Counted from the stretch's first letter, positions 51,404 to 61,047 are shown. The stretch: DNA of 64,000 nucleotides from Polaromonas sp. (GCA_043774625.1 JAYVTG010000097.1:29283-93282), one strand, 5' to 3'. The notes: generated from the letters alone by a model not told the origin. Translations and numbers: made by a program.

Positions 51404-52252
51404 TTATAACATCGCAAAGTGCCTGCGATAACGCGGTGCGATATCGTCAGTGTGCATCAGCATTGGCAAGTCTGCGCTATTGAAGTCTGGGTCCCACGCT
51501 GGCGGGCCCATCACCCGTGCACCCATGCGCAACATGCCTTTAATCAAGGCGGGAGGGTCTACATCCACAACATCATTGAGTTTTTCTACGGGTAAGGGCA
51601 AATGCGGCTGTGCTGAATATTCATCCGCAGCCATATAGTTTTGCTTGACCTGGCGCCAAATACTCGCAGCAGCGTGGCCACTGATGACACCGTTATGCAG
51701 CAGGGGAATGCTGGCACTGCCCACCAGGCAGTCCAGCTGGTTACGCTGCATAAATTCATACAGCGCACCCCACAGCGCCAATATCACACCCCCGTGGCGG
51801 TGATCTGGGTGCACGCAACTACGGCCCAGCTCGACCATGTTGTGGCGCAAGGCGCTCAGACTAGACAGATCAAATTCTGTGTCGCTATAAAAACCACCTG
51901 CGCGGCAGGCCTGGGTGGGTGTGAGTACCCGGTAAGTGCCAATCACTTCAGCCGTATCAGCATCGCGCACAATCAGGTGCTCGCAAAAGTCGTCAAAGTG
52001 GTCAATGTCGTGGTCTGCAACCGGGCAATTGAGCCGCGCACCCATTTCCCCTGCAAAAACCGCGTAACGCAGGCGCTGGGCCTCACGCACTTCGTCTAAA
52101 TGCCTTGCCCATACGACTTGGATTGCGTTGCCTTTCTGGTTGACCACTGTTGCATCACGGACTGCATTTTGCGCATTAGAGCGTGGATGAAGTGACCCCC
52201 GAGGTAAGGCTGCGGGAGACAAGGCAAATGTGGGTACTGGTAGTTCTTTCAT
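51404..52252 (-). CDS. GNAT-family N-acyltransferase (OlsB / putative-hemolysin type)
   Basis: EAQRLRYAVFAGEMGA...D.FD..C.HLIV.D......IGTYR.L matches the COG3176/OlsB-like family as I recall it. Confidence 0.75.
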   Translation of the reverse strand: MKELPVPTFALSPAALPRGSLHPRSNAQNAVRDATVVNQKGNAIQVVWARHLDEVREAQRLRYAVFAGEMGARLNCPVADHDIDHFDDFCEHLIVRDADTAEVIGTYRVLTPTQACRAGGFYSDTEFDLSSLSALRHNMVELGRSCVHPDHRHGGVILALWGALYEFMQRNQLDCLVGSASIPLLHNGVISGHAAASIWRQVKQNYMAADEYSAQPHLPLPVEKLNDVVDVDPPALIKGMLRMGARVMGPPAWDPDFNSADLPMLMHTDDIAPRYRRHFAML

Positions 52253-52338
52253 GGCTTACTCCTTTTGCAAGGAGTTTTGCAGTTGCGCGTGACGCAGGCA
52301 TGTCAGTTTGATGGCGACCGTGTGACATCAGGGCTTGC

Positions 52339-52380
52339 AATATTTCCATAATTCAATTATTATTGAATTATGGAAATATT
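52339..52380. promoter_or_regulatory. 19-bp perfect inverted repeat overlapping the arsR start codon (candidate ArsR operator)
   Basis: AATATTTCCATAATTCAAT-tatt-ATTGAATTATGGAAATATT. The arsR ATG (52370) lies inside the right arm. Confidence 0.6.
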
Positions 52381-52705
52381 AACTTCGACTTCAGCCATCG
52401 ACGAACCGCGTGTTTTGGCGTCGCTTACCGCTTTAGCGCAAACACAGCGCCTACGGGCTTTTCGCGCCCTGGTGGTGGCGGGTGCCGATGGTCTGACACC
52501 CAGCGCAATGGCGGCCTTGCTGGACATCGCCCCCAGCGCACTGTCCTTTCATTTGAAAGAACTGGTGCACAGCGGCCTGTGTAGCGCCGAGCAGCGTGGC
52601 CGCAACCTGATTTACCGCGCCAACTACGGCCAGATGACCGCGTTGTTGGCGTATTTGACCGAACACTGCTGCGCTGCAGCAACCGAAAAAACAGATTGTT
52701 GTTGA
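52370..52705 (+). CDS. arsR: ArsR/SmtB-family metalloregulator
   Basis: A winged HTH (LA...RL..FR.L........L......APSALSFHLKEL..SGL) and a C-terminal Cys cluster (HCCAAATEKTDCC). Confidence 0.88.
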   Translation: MEILTSTSAIDEPRVLASLTALAQTQRLRAFRALVVAGADGLTPSAMAALLDIAPSALSFHLKELVHSGLCSAEQRGRNLIYRANYGQMTALLAYLTEHCCAAATEKTDCC

Positions 52706-52764
52706 GCAGTCTGCGCGCCCAAGGTTTTTAACTGCTTTATTTAACCCACCCAGAAAGGCACAGT

Positions 52765-53301
52765 ATGAAACGCTTTCACGTCCATATCGCTGTTGACAGC
52801 ATTGACAACTCCGTCAACTTTTACAGCAAACTATTTGGCCAGGCACCGTCGGTGCAGCACGGTGACTACGCCAAATGGATGCTGGATGACCCGCGCGTGA
52901 ATTTTGCTATTTCTACACGCAGCCAGACCACGGGCCTAGACCATTTGGGTTTTCAGCTAGACAGCAAAGAAGAGTTGGACGACATGACGGCGCAACTGCA
53001 AAAAGCCGATCTTGCCGTGTTTGGCCAAGGCGCTGCCACCTGTTGTTATGCCCAAAGCGACAAAGGCTGGGTGCATGACCCGCAAGGCATTGCTTGGGAA
53101 AGTTTTGTGACAACAGGGTCGTCAACTACCTACGGAACCGATACCGCTGCCAACAACCAGATCGAAAGCGCTTGCTGTGCGCCGCAGGCTGTAGCTGTTG
53201 ATGCAGTGGCAAGCACCAGCAAACCGCGCGTCAAACTTGGGCAAATTGCAGTTGCCACCAGCTGCGGTACAAGCCCTTCGACAGGCAGTAGCTGCTGCTA
53301 A
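52765..53301 (+). CDS. arsI: ArsI/CadI-type glyoxalase-fold protein (candidate organoarsenical C-As lyase)
   Basis: VOC fold (RFHVHIAV.D...S..FY..LFG), a vicinal Cys pair (ATCCYA), and a Cys-rich tail. It sits in an ars context. Confidence 0.75.
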   Translation: MKRFHVHIAVDSIDNSVNFYSKLFGQAPSVQHGDYAKWMLDDPRVNFAISTRSQTTGLDHLGFQLDSKEELDDMTAQLQKADLAVFGQGAATCCYAQSDKGWVHDPQGIAWESFVTTGSSTTYGTDTAANNQIESACCAPQAVAVDAVASTSKPRVKLGQIAVATSCGTSPSTGSSCC

Positions 53302-53341
53302 ACACGCGCTCTTCAAATTAATTTATCACCTTGTCAACATC

Positions 53342-53839
53342 ATGACTACATCTCTGAACGTCCTGTTTCTGTGTACCCATAACTCGGCCCGCAGTATTCT
53401 GGCCGAGGCACTGCTAAACCATTACGGTAAAGACCGCTTCAAAGGGTTTTCTGCTGGCAGCAGCCCGCGAGACAACCAGCAACCCAACCCGCTGGGCTTG
53501 CAGGTGCTGCGAGATGCAGGCATTTCTACTGAAGGTTTGCGCAGCAAAAGTTGGGACGAGTTTGCCCTGCCCACGGCACCCCACATGGACTTGGTCATCA
53601 CCGTGTGCGACAACGCCGCTGGCGAGGTGTGCCCCTATTGGCCCGGCCAGCCCGCCACCGCGCACTGGGGCTACCCAGACCCCAGCGCAGGCGACGCAAC
53701 TGATAACCAGAAGCTGCTGGCCTTCAAAAATACCCTGCACACCATGCGCAAGCGCATAGAACTGCTCATCAGCTTACCTGCCGACAAGCTGCACAAGCTA
53801 GAACTACAAACTGCTGCCCGTGATTTGTCTGCATCATGA
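53342..53839 (+). CDS. arsC: Arsenate reductase, LMW-PTPase (thioredoxin-coupled) type
   Basis: The N-terminal motif VLFLCTHNSARS and VITVCD...GEVCP. Confidence 0.9.
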   Translation: MTTSLNVLFLCTHNSARSILAEALLNHYGKDRFKGFSAGSSPRDNQQPNPLGLQVLRDAGISTEGLRSKSWDEFALPTAPHMDLVITVCDNAAGEVCPYWPGQPATAHWGYPDPSAGDATDNQKLLAFKNTLHTMRKRIELLISLPADKLHKLELQTAARDLSAS

Positions 53840-54558
53840 GTGCCGTCAATCACCACACACCCCTAGACAAAACCGCAAGTTACAGCCTGACACAACGCGC
53901 CCTGGCCGAATGCCTGGGCACGGCCATGTTGCTGTGCGCCGTCATTGGCTCAGGCATCATGGCTGAACGCTTGAGTGGTGGCAATAACGGCGTCGCACTG
54001 CTGGCCAATACCTTGGCAACGGTGTTTGCATTGTTTGTTTTGATTGAAATTCTGGGGCCGATCAGCGGAGCGCACTTTAACCCGCTGGTTAGCATTATTT
54101 ACCTGCCAAAACAACCTGCAGCCAGCGTAGAATATGCGCAAGCAGCTACTATTTATATAGCAGCGCAATTGGCAGGTGCTGTGTTGGGCGCATGGCTTGC
54201 CAACGCCATGTTTGACTTGCCGGTGCTGCACACCAGTGCCAAGCTGCGTGGCGGCTGGGGGCAGTGGCTGGCAGAAGCCGTGGCCACTGCGGGCTTGATT
54301 TTCGTCATCGCACGTGCGGGTGCAGCGGGGGTGCACGCCAAAGCCAGTGCGCTGGTAGCTTGTTACATTGGCGCGGCCTATTGGTTTACCGCCAGCACGT
54401 CGTTCGCCAACCCCGCTGCCGTGATGGGCCGCATGCTGAGCGACAGTTTTGCAGGTATCGCACCGGCCAGTGCTTGGGGTTTTGTACTGGCGCAATGTGT
54501 GGGTGCCGTGGCGGGGGTGTGGGCATCGAAGGCGTTTGCAGCACCTGCGCGCCAGTGA
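53836..54558 (+). CDS. MIP/aquaporin-family channel (AqpS-like, candidate arsenite channel) carrying an in-frame REP-like copy
   Basis: A six-TM MIP with GAHFNPLVS in place of the first NPA box and FANPAAV as the second. It overlaps the arsC stop. Confidence 0.82.
   Translation: MSAVNHHTPLDKTASYSLTQRALAECLGTAMLLCAVIGSGIMAERLSGGNNGVALLANTLATVFALFVLIEILGPISGAHFNPLVSIIYLPKQPAASVEYAQAATIYIAAQLAGAVLGAWLANAMFDLPVLHTSAKLRGGWGQWLAEAVATAGLIFVIARAGAAGVHAKASALVACYIGAAYWFTASTSFANPAAVMGRMLSDSFAGIAPASAWGFVLAQCVGAVAGVWASKAFAAPARQ
54122..54161 (+). repeat. REP-like repeat copy inside the MIP channel CDS
   Basis: CCAGCGTAGAATATGCGCAAGCAGCTACTATTTATATAGC, translated as ASVEYAQAATIYIA in the same frame as the rarA copy. 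Confidence 0.88.
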
Positions 54559-54588
54559 CGGCGTAAAATGCCCAAAAAAGGAGCCACT

Positions 54589-54876
54589 ATGAATATCGAG
54601 CAAATGAGCGAAGAGTTTTCCCAGCAACTGGCCCGCGACGGCTATACCGAAACGCTGACCCGTACCTGGGAGCCGAACCAGCAGGTCGCCACCCACAGCC
54701 ACCCCTTTGACGCCCACGCCATGGTGCTGCAAGGCGGATTCACACTCAGCTGGAACGGCCAATCGAAAACCCTAGGGCCTGGCGACACCTTCAGCATGGC
54801 TGCGGGTTGCGACCATGTGGAGCAGTACGGCCCGCAGGGCGCCACGTACTTGGTGGGGCGCAAATACCAAGCCTAG
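54589..54876 (+). CDS. Cupin-domain protein
   Basis: The motif H.H.....VL.G......G....L..GD.F, with AGGAG 8 nt upstream of the ATG at 54589. Confidence 0.75.
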   Translation: MNIEQMSEEFSQQLARDGYTETLTRTWEPNQQVATHSHPFDAHAMVLQGGFTLSWNGQSKTLGPGDTFSMAAGCDHVEQYGPQGATYLVGRKYQA

Positions 54877-54948
54877 GTAAGCTGGCTGGGCGTCGTGTAG
54901 GTGCAGCTGGTACATTCGGCAGGCCAGTGCACCAGATGATGCAGCCGT

Positions 54949-56283
54949 TCAGGCGGTCACAGCATCTACCAAGCGCTGCGCACAGCTTTGGGCTTGCGCG
55001 GCGTTGCGCGCTTCCACCATCACGCGCAACAATGGCTCGGTGCCACTGGCGCGAATGAGCACGCGGCCCGTCTGGCCCAGTTCTTGAGTCACATCCTGCG
55101 TGGTTTTCTCCAGCAGGGCATTGGTTTCCCAGTTTTCCTGGCCAGGCTTTAGGCGCACATTGAGCAGCACCTGCGGGAACAGCGTCAAACCTTCCAGAAG
55201 TTGCGCCATGCTTTTACCGCTGCGTTGTACGGCTTGTAGCACTTGCAGCGCGCTAATCAGGCCATCACCCGTGGTGTGCTTGTCTAGCGCCAGCAGGTGG
55301 CCCGAGCCTTCGCCACCCAGCAGCCAGCCGTGTTTTTCCAGTGCTTCCAGCACGTAGCGGTCGCCCACTTTGGCGCGCACAAACTGCACGCCTTTTTCTT
55401 TCAGGGCCACTTCTACGGCCATATTGGTCATTAACGTGCCCACCGCACCGGGTACTGCTTCGCCGCGCTGCAATCGCTCGGTCACCATCAGGTACAGCAC
55501 TTCGTCGCCGTTGAACAACCGCCCCGTTGCGTCCACCACCTGCAGGCGGTCGGCATCGCCGTCCAGCGCAACGCCGTAGTGGGCGTGGTTGGCTTTGACT
55601 GCAGCCACCAAAGCTGCGGGGTGCGTGGCACCCACGTCTTTGTTGATATTCAAACCGTCTGGTGCACAGCCGATGGAAATGACTTCTGCACCGAGTTCGT
55701 GCAGAGCCTTGGGTGCGATGTGGTAACCCGCGCCGTGAGCCGCATCGACGACAATTTTGAGGCCCTTGAGCGACAGGTCATTGGCAAAAGTGGACTTGGC
55801 AAATTCAATATAACGACCTGCGGCGTCGTCCAGGCGGCGGCTTTTGCCCAATTTGGCGGATTCTGCCCACACGGGCTCTTGCTTTAATGCGGCTTCGACA
55901 GCCTCTTCCCACGCATCCGGCAACTTGGCACCCTGTGCGCTGAAAAACTTAATGCCGTTGTCTTCAAACGGGTTGTGGCTGGCGCTGATGACTACGCCCA
56001 GACTGGCTCTCAAGGCCCGCGTCAGGTAGGCTACGCCGGGTGTGGGCAGGGGGCCAAGCAAGATCACGTCCACACCGGCAGAGTTAAAGCCAGACTCCAG
56101 CGCGGATTCGAGCATATAGCCGCTGATGCGCGTGTCTTTGCCAATCATCACGGTGGGGCGTGCTTCGGTTTTGCGCAGCACGTGGCCCACCGCATGGGCC
56201 AAACGCAGCACAAAGTCTGGGGTGATGGGCGCTACGCCTACGGTGCCGCGAATGCCGTCGGTGCCAAAATATTGTCTTGCCAT
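54949..56283 (-). CDS. glmM: Phosphoglucosamine mutase
   Basis: N-terminal YFGTDGIRG, and the active-site serine loop [16 protein letters not shown]. Confidence 0.96.
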   Translation of the reverse strand: MARQYFGTDGIRGTVGVAPITPDFVLRLAHAVGHVLRKTEARPTVMIGKDTRISGYMLESALESGFNSAGVDVILLGPLPTPGVAYLTRALRASLGVVISASHNPFEDNGIKFFSAQGAKLPDAWEEAVEAALKQEPVWAESAKLGKSRRLDDAAGRYIEFAKSTFANDLSLKGLKIVVDAAHGAGYHIAPKALHELGAEVISIGCAPDGLNINKDVGATHPAALVAAVKANHAHYGVALDGDADRLQVVDATGRLFNGDEVLYLMVTERLQRGEAVPGAVGTLMTNMAVEVALKEKGVQFVRAKVGDRYVLEALEKHGWLLGGEGSGHLLALDKHTTGDGLISALQVLQAVQRSGKSMAQLLEGLTLFPQVLLNVRLKPGQENWETNALLEKTTQDVTQELGQTGRVLIRASGTEPLLRVMVEARNAAQAQSCAQRLVDAVTA

Positions 56284-56331
56284 GCTCGTTGCCTCCTGTT
56301 TTTTAGAATTAAACGTATTTTACGCCTCTAG

Positions 56332-56371
56332 CCAGCGTAGATTATGCGTGAGTAGCTACTTTTTTCATAGC
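56332..56371 (+). repeat. REP-like repeat, copy 8 (forms the folP 3' end)
   Basis: CCAGCGTAGATTATGCGTGAGTAGCTACTTTTTTCATAGC. The last folP codons (MKKVATHA) and the stop lie inside it. Confidence 0.85.
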
Positions 56372-57226
56372 ATTCCACACCGCCAGTGCCTGCGCAGTTT
56401 CGCGTACATCATGTACCCGCACAATGCTGGCACCGCGTTCTACGGCCAACAACGCTGCGGCCACGCTGGGCAGCATGCGGTCTGCTGCGTCCAGCCCCGT
56501 CACTGCGCCCAAAGAAGACTTGCGCGACCAGCCCGCCAACATGGGGTAACCCAGGCTCAGCAGTTCTGCCTGGCGCGCCAGCAGCGCAAAGTTTTGTTCC
56601 ACACTTTTGCCAAAACCAATACCGGGGTCGATGACGATACGGTTTTTAAACGATTCAGCAGCGTTTTTACCTATCAAATCAGCCTGTTGCCAGCGCGGAA
56701 TATGCGCGAGCAGCTCACAAAAAGATAGCAACTGGTTTTTCACTTCTGCCACGGTATCAGCACCATGCATCGGCTCTACCTGCATGGTCTGCGGGTCACG
56801 GTGCATGTGCATCAGCACCACGCCGCACTGGCCATGCTGCGCTACCACTTGCGCCGCGCCGCTTTGGCGAAAAGCCCAAATATCGTTAATGATGTCTACG
56901 CCCAGGTCCAGCGCGGCCAGCATCACTTCTGGCTTGTAGGTGTCCACCGACACCGGCACGCCCAGCTTGACCGCCGCCCGCACCAGTGGCAACACCCGCG
57001 CCAGTTCGTCAGCCAGCGGCAGCGGCGCAGCCCCGGGGCGTGACGACTCGCCGCCTATGTCCAAAATATGCGCCCCGTCCTTGATCAATTGCTCGCAATG
57101 CGCCAAGGCATCACGCGTGTTGGCATGTAGCCCGCCGTCTGAAAACGAGTCGGGCGTGACGTTGACAATGCCCATGATCTTGGGAGTTGTCAGTTCGATC
57201 TGGAAGCGGGTGGTTTGCCAATGCAT
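56342..57226 (-). CDS. folP: Dihydropteroate synthase
   Basis: MGIVNVTPDSFSDGG, DIGGESSRPGA and DPGIGFGK motifs. The start is taken at MHWQTTRF (57226), while the ORF track extends to 57271. Confidence 0.93.
   Translation of the reverse strand: MHWQTTRFQIELTTPKIMGIVNVTPDSFSDGGLHANTRDALAHCEQLIKDGAHILDIGGESSRPGAAPLPLADELARVLPLVRAAVKLGVPVSVDTYKPEVMLAALDLGVDIINDIWAFRQSGAAQVVAQHGQCGVVLMHMHRDPQTMQVEPMHGADTVAEVKNQLLSFCELLAHIPRWQQADLIGKNAAESFKNRIVIDPGIGFGKSVEQNFALLARQAELLSLGYPMLAGWSRKSSLGAVTGLDAADRMLPSVAAALLAVERGASIVRVHDVRETAQALAVWNAMKKVATHA
56690..56731 (+). repeat. REP-like repeat copy inside folP coding sequence
   Basis: CCAGCGCGGAATATGCGCGAGCAGCTCACAAAAAGATAGCAA, exactly 42 bp. It is read on the minus strand as LLSFCELLAHIPRWQ. 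Confidence 0.88.
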
Positions 57227-57288
57227 TTCTGGATGGTAACAAAGCTTGTTTTCTTGTGGGCGTGTATGCATACGGCTTAATCTTGTAC

Positions 57289-57362
57289 GCAGGGTGAGCG
57301 TATCCTGCAGCCCCTCATGTAGGAGTACCTAAAATCGGGTCAACAGCATACGCTCACCCTGC
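57289..57362. repeat. Palindromic element H1 (15-bp perfect stem, 44-nt loop carrying a conserved 23-mer)
   Basis: GCAGGGTGAGCGTAT...ATACGCTCACCCTGC. The loop contains TCATGTAGGAGTACCTAAAATCG (57315-57337). Confidence 0.85.
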
Positions 57363-57443
57363 TGCGATTGGGGTTGGCGTTCAGACAGTCACGGCCTCGG
57401 GGGTTGTGGATATTTAACCGTTGCTCGCCCACCATTTTTGCTG

Positions 57444-57541
57444 CTTGGTGAGTCTTTGGCGCAGTGTGCGCGGGCTCCGCGATTTATGCGTATGCCGCAT
57501 CATGAGCGGAACCGCGCACACTGCGCCAAAGACTCACCAAG
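57444..57541. repeat. Palindromic element H2 (98 nt; 30-bp perfect stem plus inner stems)
   Basis: CTTGGTGAGTCTTTGGCGCAGTGTGCGCGG...CCGCGCACACTGCGCCAAAGACTCACCAAG, with inner TCCGC/GCGGA and ATGCG/CGCAT pairs. Confidence 0.9.
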
Positions 57542-57545
57542 CCCG

Positions 57546-57577
57546 TGCAAAACGCAAAACGGAGCCGAAGCCCCGTT
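57546..57577 (-). terminator. Rho-independent terminator after ftsH
   Basis: The minus strand reads AACGGGGC-TTCG-GCTCCGTT followed by TTGCGTTTTG. Confidence 0.65.
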
Positions 57578-57598
57578 CTTACAAGAAGTACAAGGGAC

Positions 57599-59527
<1,929 letters not shown>

Positions 59528-59775
59528 TCCAAGGGCATGGTGCCCGATGACTACAAATATGAGGCTATTTTAGGCTTTTCAAGCACTGTTTTGGTGGTTT
59601 GGGCGGTAACTGGGGGTTTTGCAGGGCTATTCGTGGCTTTATGGGCTTTATTTGCTTTGCTGGCATTGGTTTGCTTCGCCGCTCATGCTTGGTCTCTGGC
59701 TGCGGGTGGGTGCCGTGGCTGGGTGGGTCTGCTTCGCCGCTCTACTTTGGCCACTGGCTGCTGATGGGTGCACGT

Positions 59776-59815
59776 CGAGTGTGCTCATGCAGGAGTACCT
59801 GAAATCGCCCACTCG
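59776..59815. repeat. Element H3: 6-bp stem enclosing the same conserved 23-mer as H1
   Basis: CGAGTG-tgc-TCATGCAGGAGTACCTGAAATCG-cc-CACTCG. The downstream TGCATGGGGGGTTGCGCTC resembles TGCGATTGGGGTTGGCGTTC found after H1. Confidence 0.7.
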
Positions 59816-59896
59816 CCATGCCTCCATCCGCGCTGCATGGGGGGTTGCGCTCTGTGGTTTCTGGCCTATCTTTTGTAGTGGTGGTATTGTGGTCAC

Positions 59897-59935
59897 TATG
59901 AAAATAATAGCTGCTTGCGCATATTCTGCGCTGGC
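59897..59935 (-). repeat. REP-like repeat, copy 10 (start of composite unit A)
   Basis: TATGAAAATAATAGCTGCTTGCGCATATTCTGCGCTGG. Confidence 0.88.
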
Positions 59936-60056
59936 AACTGGCATTTTTCTCTAACATCCGCATAAACACAGCGCAACAGACTGCGCACACCGCTCACACT
60001 GCGCTAGCGCATCATGGACTGTACGCACACGCAACTTGCTCAGAAGGCGCGGCGAT

Positions 60057-60154
60057 AGTAACAAAGGCTTGCCGGATTTCACGCTTAATTTATACCTGAT
60101 ACTATTTACAGTGTAGTGGCTAGCAAAGCTAGTGTGCAAGCGGCTTGTCACGCC
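60057..60154 (+). other. attC-like site (long class, R' degenerate GTC)
   Basis: TAGTAAC-aaagg-CTTGCCG ... GCAAG-cggctt-GTCACGC. It is about 80% similar to the site at 62149. Confidence 0.5.
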
Positions 60155-60177
60155 TTTTCAAAGTCAATGCATACATT

Positions 60178-60207
60178 TGAGCACATACGGCACACAACGG
60201 TATAATC
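60178..60207 (+). promoter_or_regulatory. Promoter for brnT-like operon, apparently leaderless
   Basis: TTGAGC, an 18-nt spacer, then TATAAT. The -10 box ends 8 nt before the ATG at 60216, and no SD is present. Confidence 0.45.
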
Positions 60208-60215
60208 CTGTTTAG

Positions 60216-60509
60216 ATGCTTAAAAAACCGATCCGCTGGAGTCCCGAAAAAAATATAGAGCTCATGCAAGAGCGAAGTATTTCGTTTGAAGAGATCCTCT
60301 CCTGCATTGAACAGGGTGGCCTGCTGACTGTTTTAGACCATCCAAATCAGCAAAAGTATCCGGGCCAGAGAATTTGGGTGGTGAAAGTCCGAGGCTACGC
60401 TCACCTGGTTCCGCTGGTCGAGTCAGAAGATGAAATATTCCTTAAAACAATTAAGCCTAGTCGCAAAGCGACGAAGCAGTTTCTAAGCGAGGTTAGCGAT
60501 GAAGAGTGA
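60216..60509 (+). CDS. BrnT-like (DUF497-type) toxin
   Basis: 97 aa, overlapping a downstream RHH/CopG-type antitoxin gene. The N-terminal W..EKN..L...R.ISFEE pattern resembles BrnT. The family assignment is from memory. Confidence 0.6.
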   Translation: MLKKPIRWSPEKNIELMQERSISFEEILSCIEQGGLLTVLDHPNQQKYPGQRIWVVKVRGYAHLVPLVESEDEIFLKTIKPSRKATKQFLSEVSDEE

Positions 60510-60822
60510 TAAAGACTACGAAATGGATATCCTGCGTTCGTTTGAAAAAGGCGAGTGGGAACCCATAAAAAATTTGAAAAAAGAAATGGATCGCTATCGC
60601 GAAGCGGCGGCCGAAACATTGCTGAAGAATAAACGTGTAAACATCCGTATTTCGGCAATTGATCTTGAGGGGCTACAAGCCAGAGCAGCAGCAGAGGGGT
60701 TGCCCTATCAAACATTGATGGCCAGTGTGCTTCATAAATATATTTCGGGTCGTCTTGTGGACGGACCGAAAGGTATAACTAGCCGTCCAAGCCCGTCAAC
60801 GCGAAAGCGCGTTGTGGCTTAA
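60499..60822 (+). CDS. BrnA/CopG-type antitoxin
   Basis: The C-terminal KRVNIRISAIDLEGLQARAAAEGLPYQTLMASVLHKYISG is typical of BrnA-like RHH antitoxins. It overlaps the toxin gene by 11 nt. Confidence 0.7.
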   Translation: MKSDKDYEMDILRSFEKGEWEPIKNLKKEMDRYREAAAETLLKNKRVNIRISAIDLEGLQARAAAEGLPYQTLMASVLHKYISGRLVDGPKGITSRPSPSTRKRVVA

Positions 60823-60830
60823 CTTCGATG

Positions 60831-60872
60831 TTGCTATTAACTTCATAGCTGCTTGCGCATATTCTGCGCTGG
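60831..60872 (-). repeat. REP-like repeat, copy 11 (start of composite unit B)
   Basis: TTGCTATTAACTTCATAGCTGCTTGCGCATATTCTGCGCTGG. Confidence 0.9.
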
Positions 60873-60987
60873 CAATCCCCTGTTTTGCCTCCAAAATCCG
60901 CATACATACAGAGCCACAGACTGCGCACATCGCGCTCGCGCACCATAGGCTGTGGGCACGCGTAGCATGGCGGGTAGGCCTGTGCGC

Positions 60988-61016
60988 TTCGAGTTTTCAA
61001 GGGTTTGGGCTATAGT
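60988..61016 (+). promoter_or_regulatory. Candidate promoter inside composite unit B
   Basis: TTCGAG, a 17-nt spacer, then TATAGT, 32 nt upstream of the ATG at 61048. The same module occurs at 62074-62102. Confidence 0.35.
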
Positions 61017-61047
61017 GCAGGCAACACATTCGTTCGCGCAACTCGAT

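Noticed and set aside
59619-59954. 111-aa ORF upstream of ftsH, plus the related small ORFs 59599-59802, 59648-59944, 59742-59990, 60779-61000 and 60812-61015.
   Set aside because: They are assembled from repeat sequences (direct repeats, H3 and REP copies). The recurring peptides (IAACAYSALA, CQRRICASSY) are just translations of the REP element, and indels between units break the frames.
61022-61047. GGCAAC-ACATTC-GTTCGCG at the end of units B and C resembles an attC R''/spacer/L'' half-site (compare GTCTAAC-AATTC-GTTCAAG of classical attC).
   Set aside because: I found no matching L'/R' partner downstream. In unit B it is followed directly by an ORF. The only GTTGC partner lies upstream, which is the wrong topology for attC.
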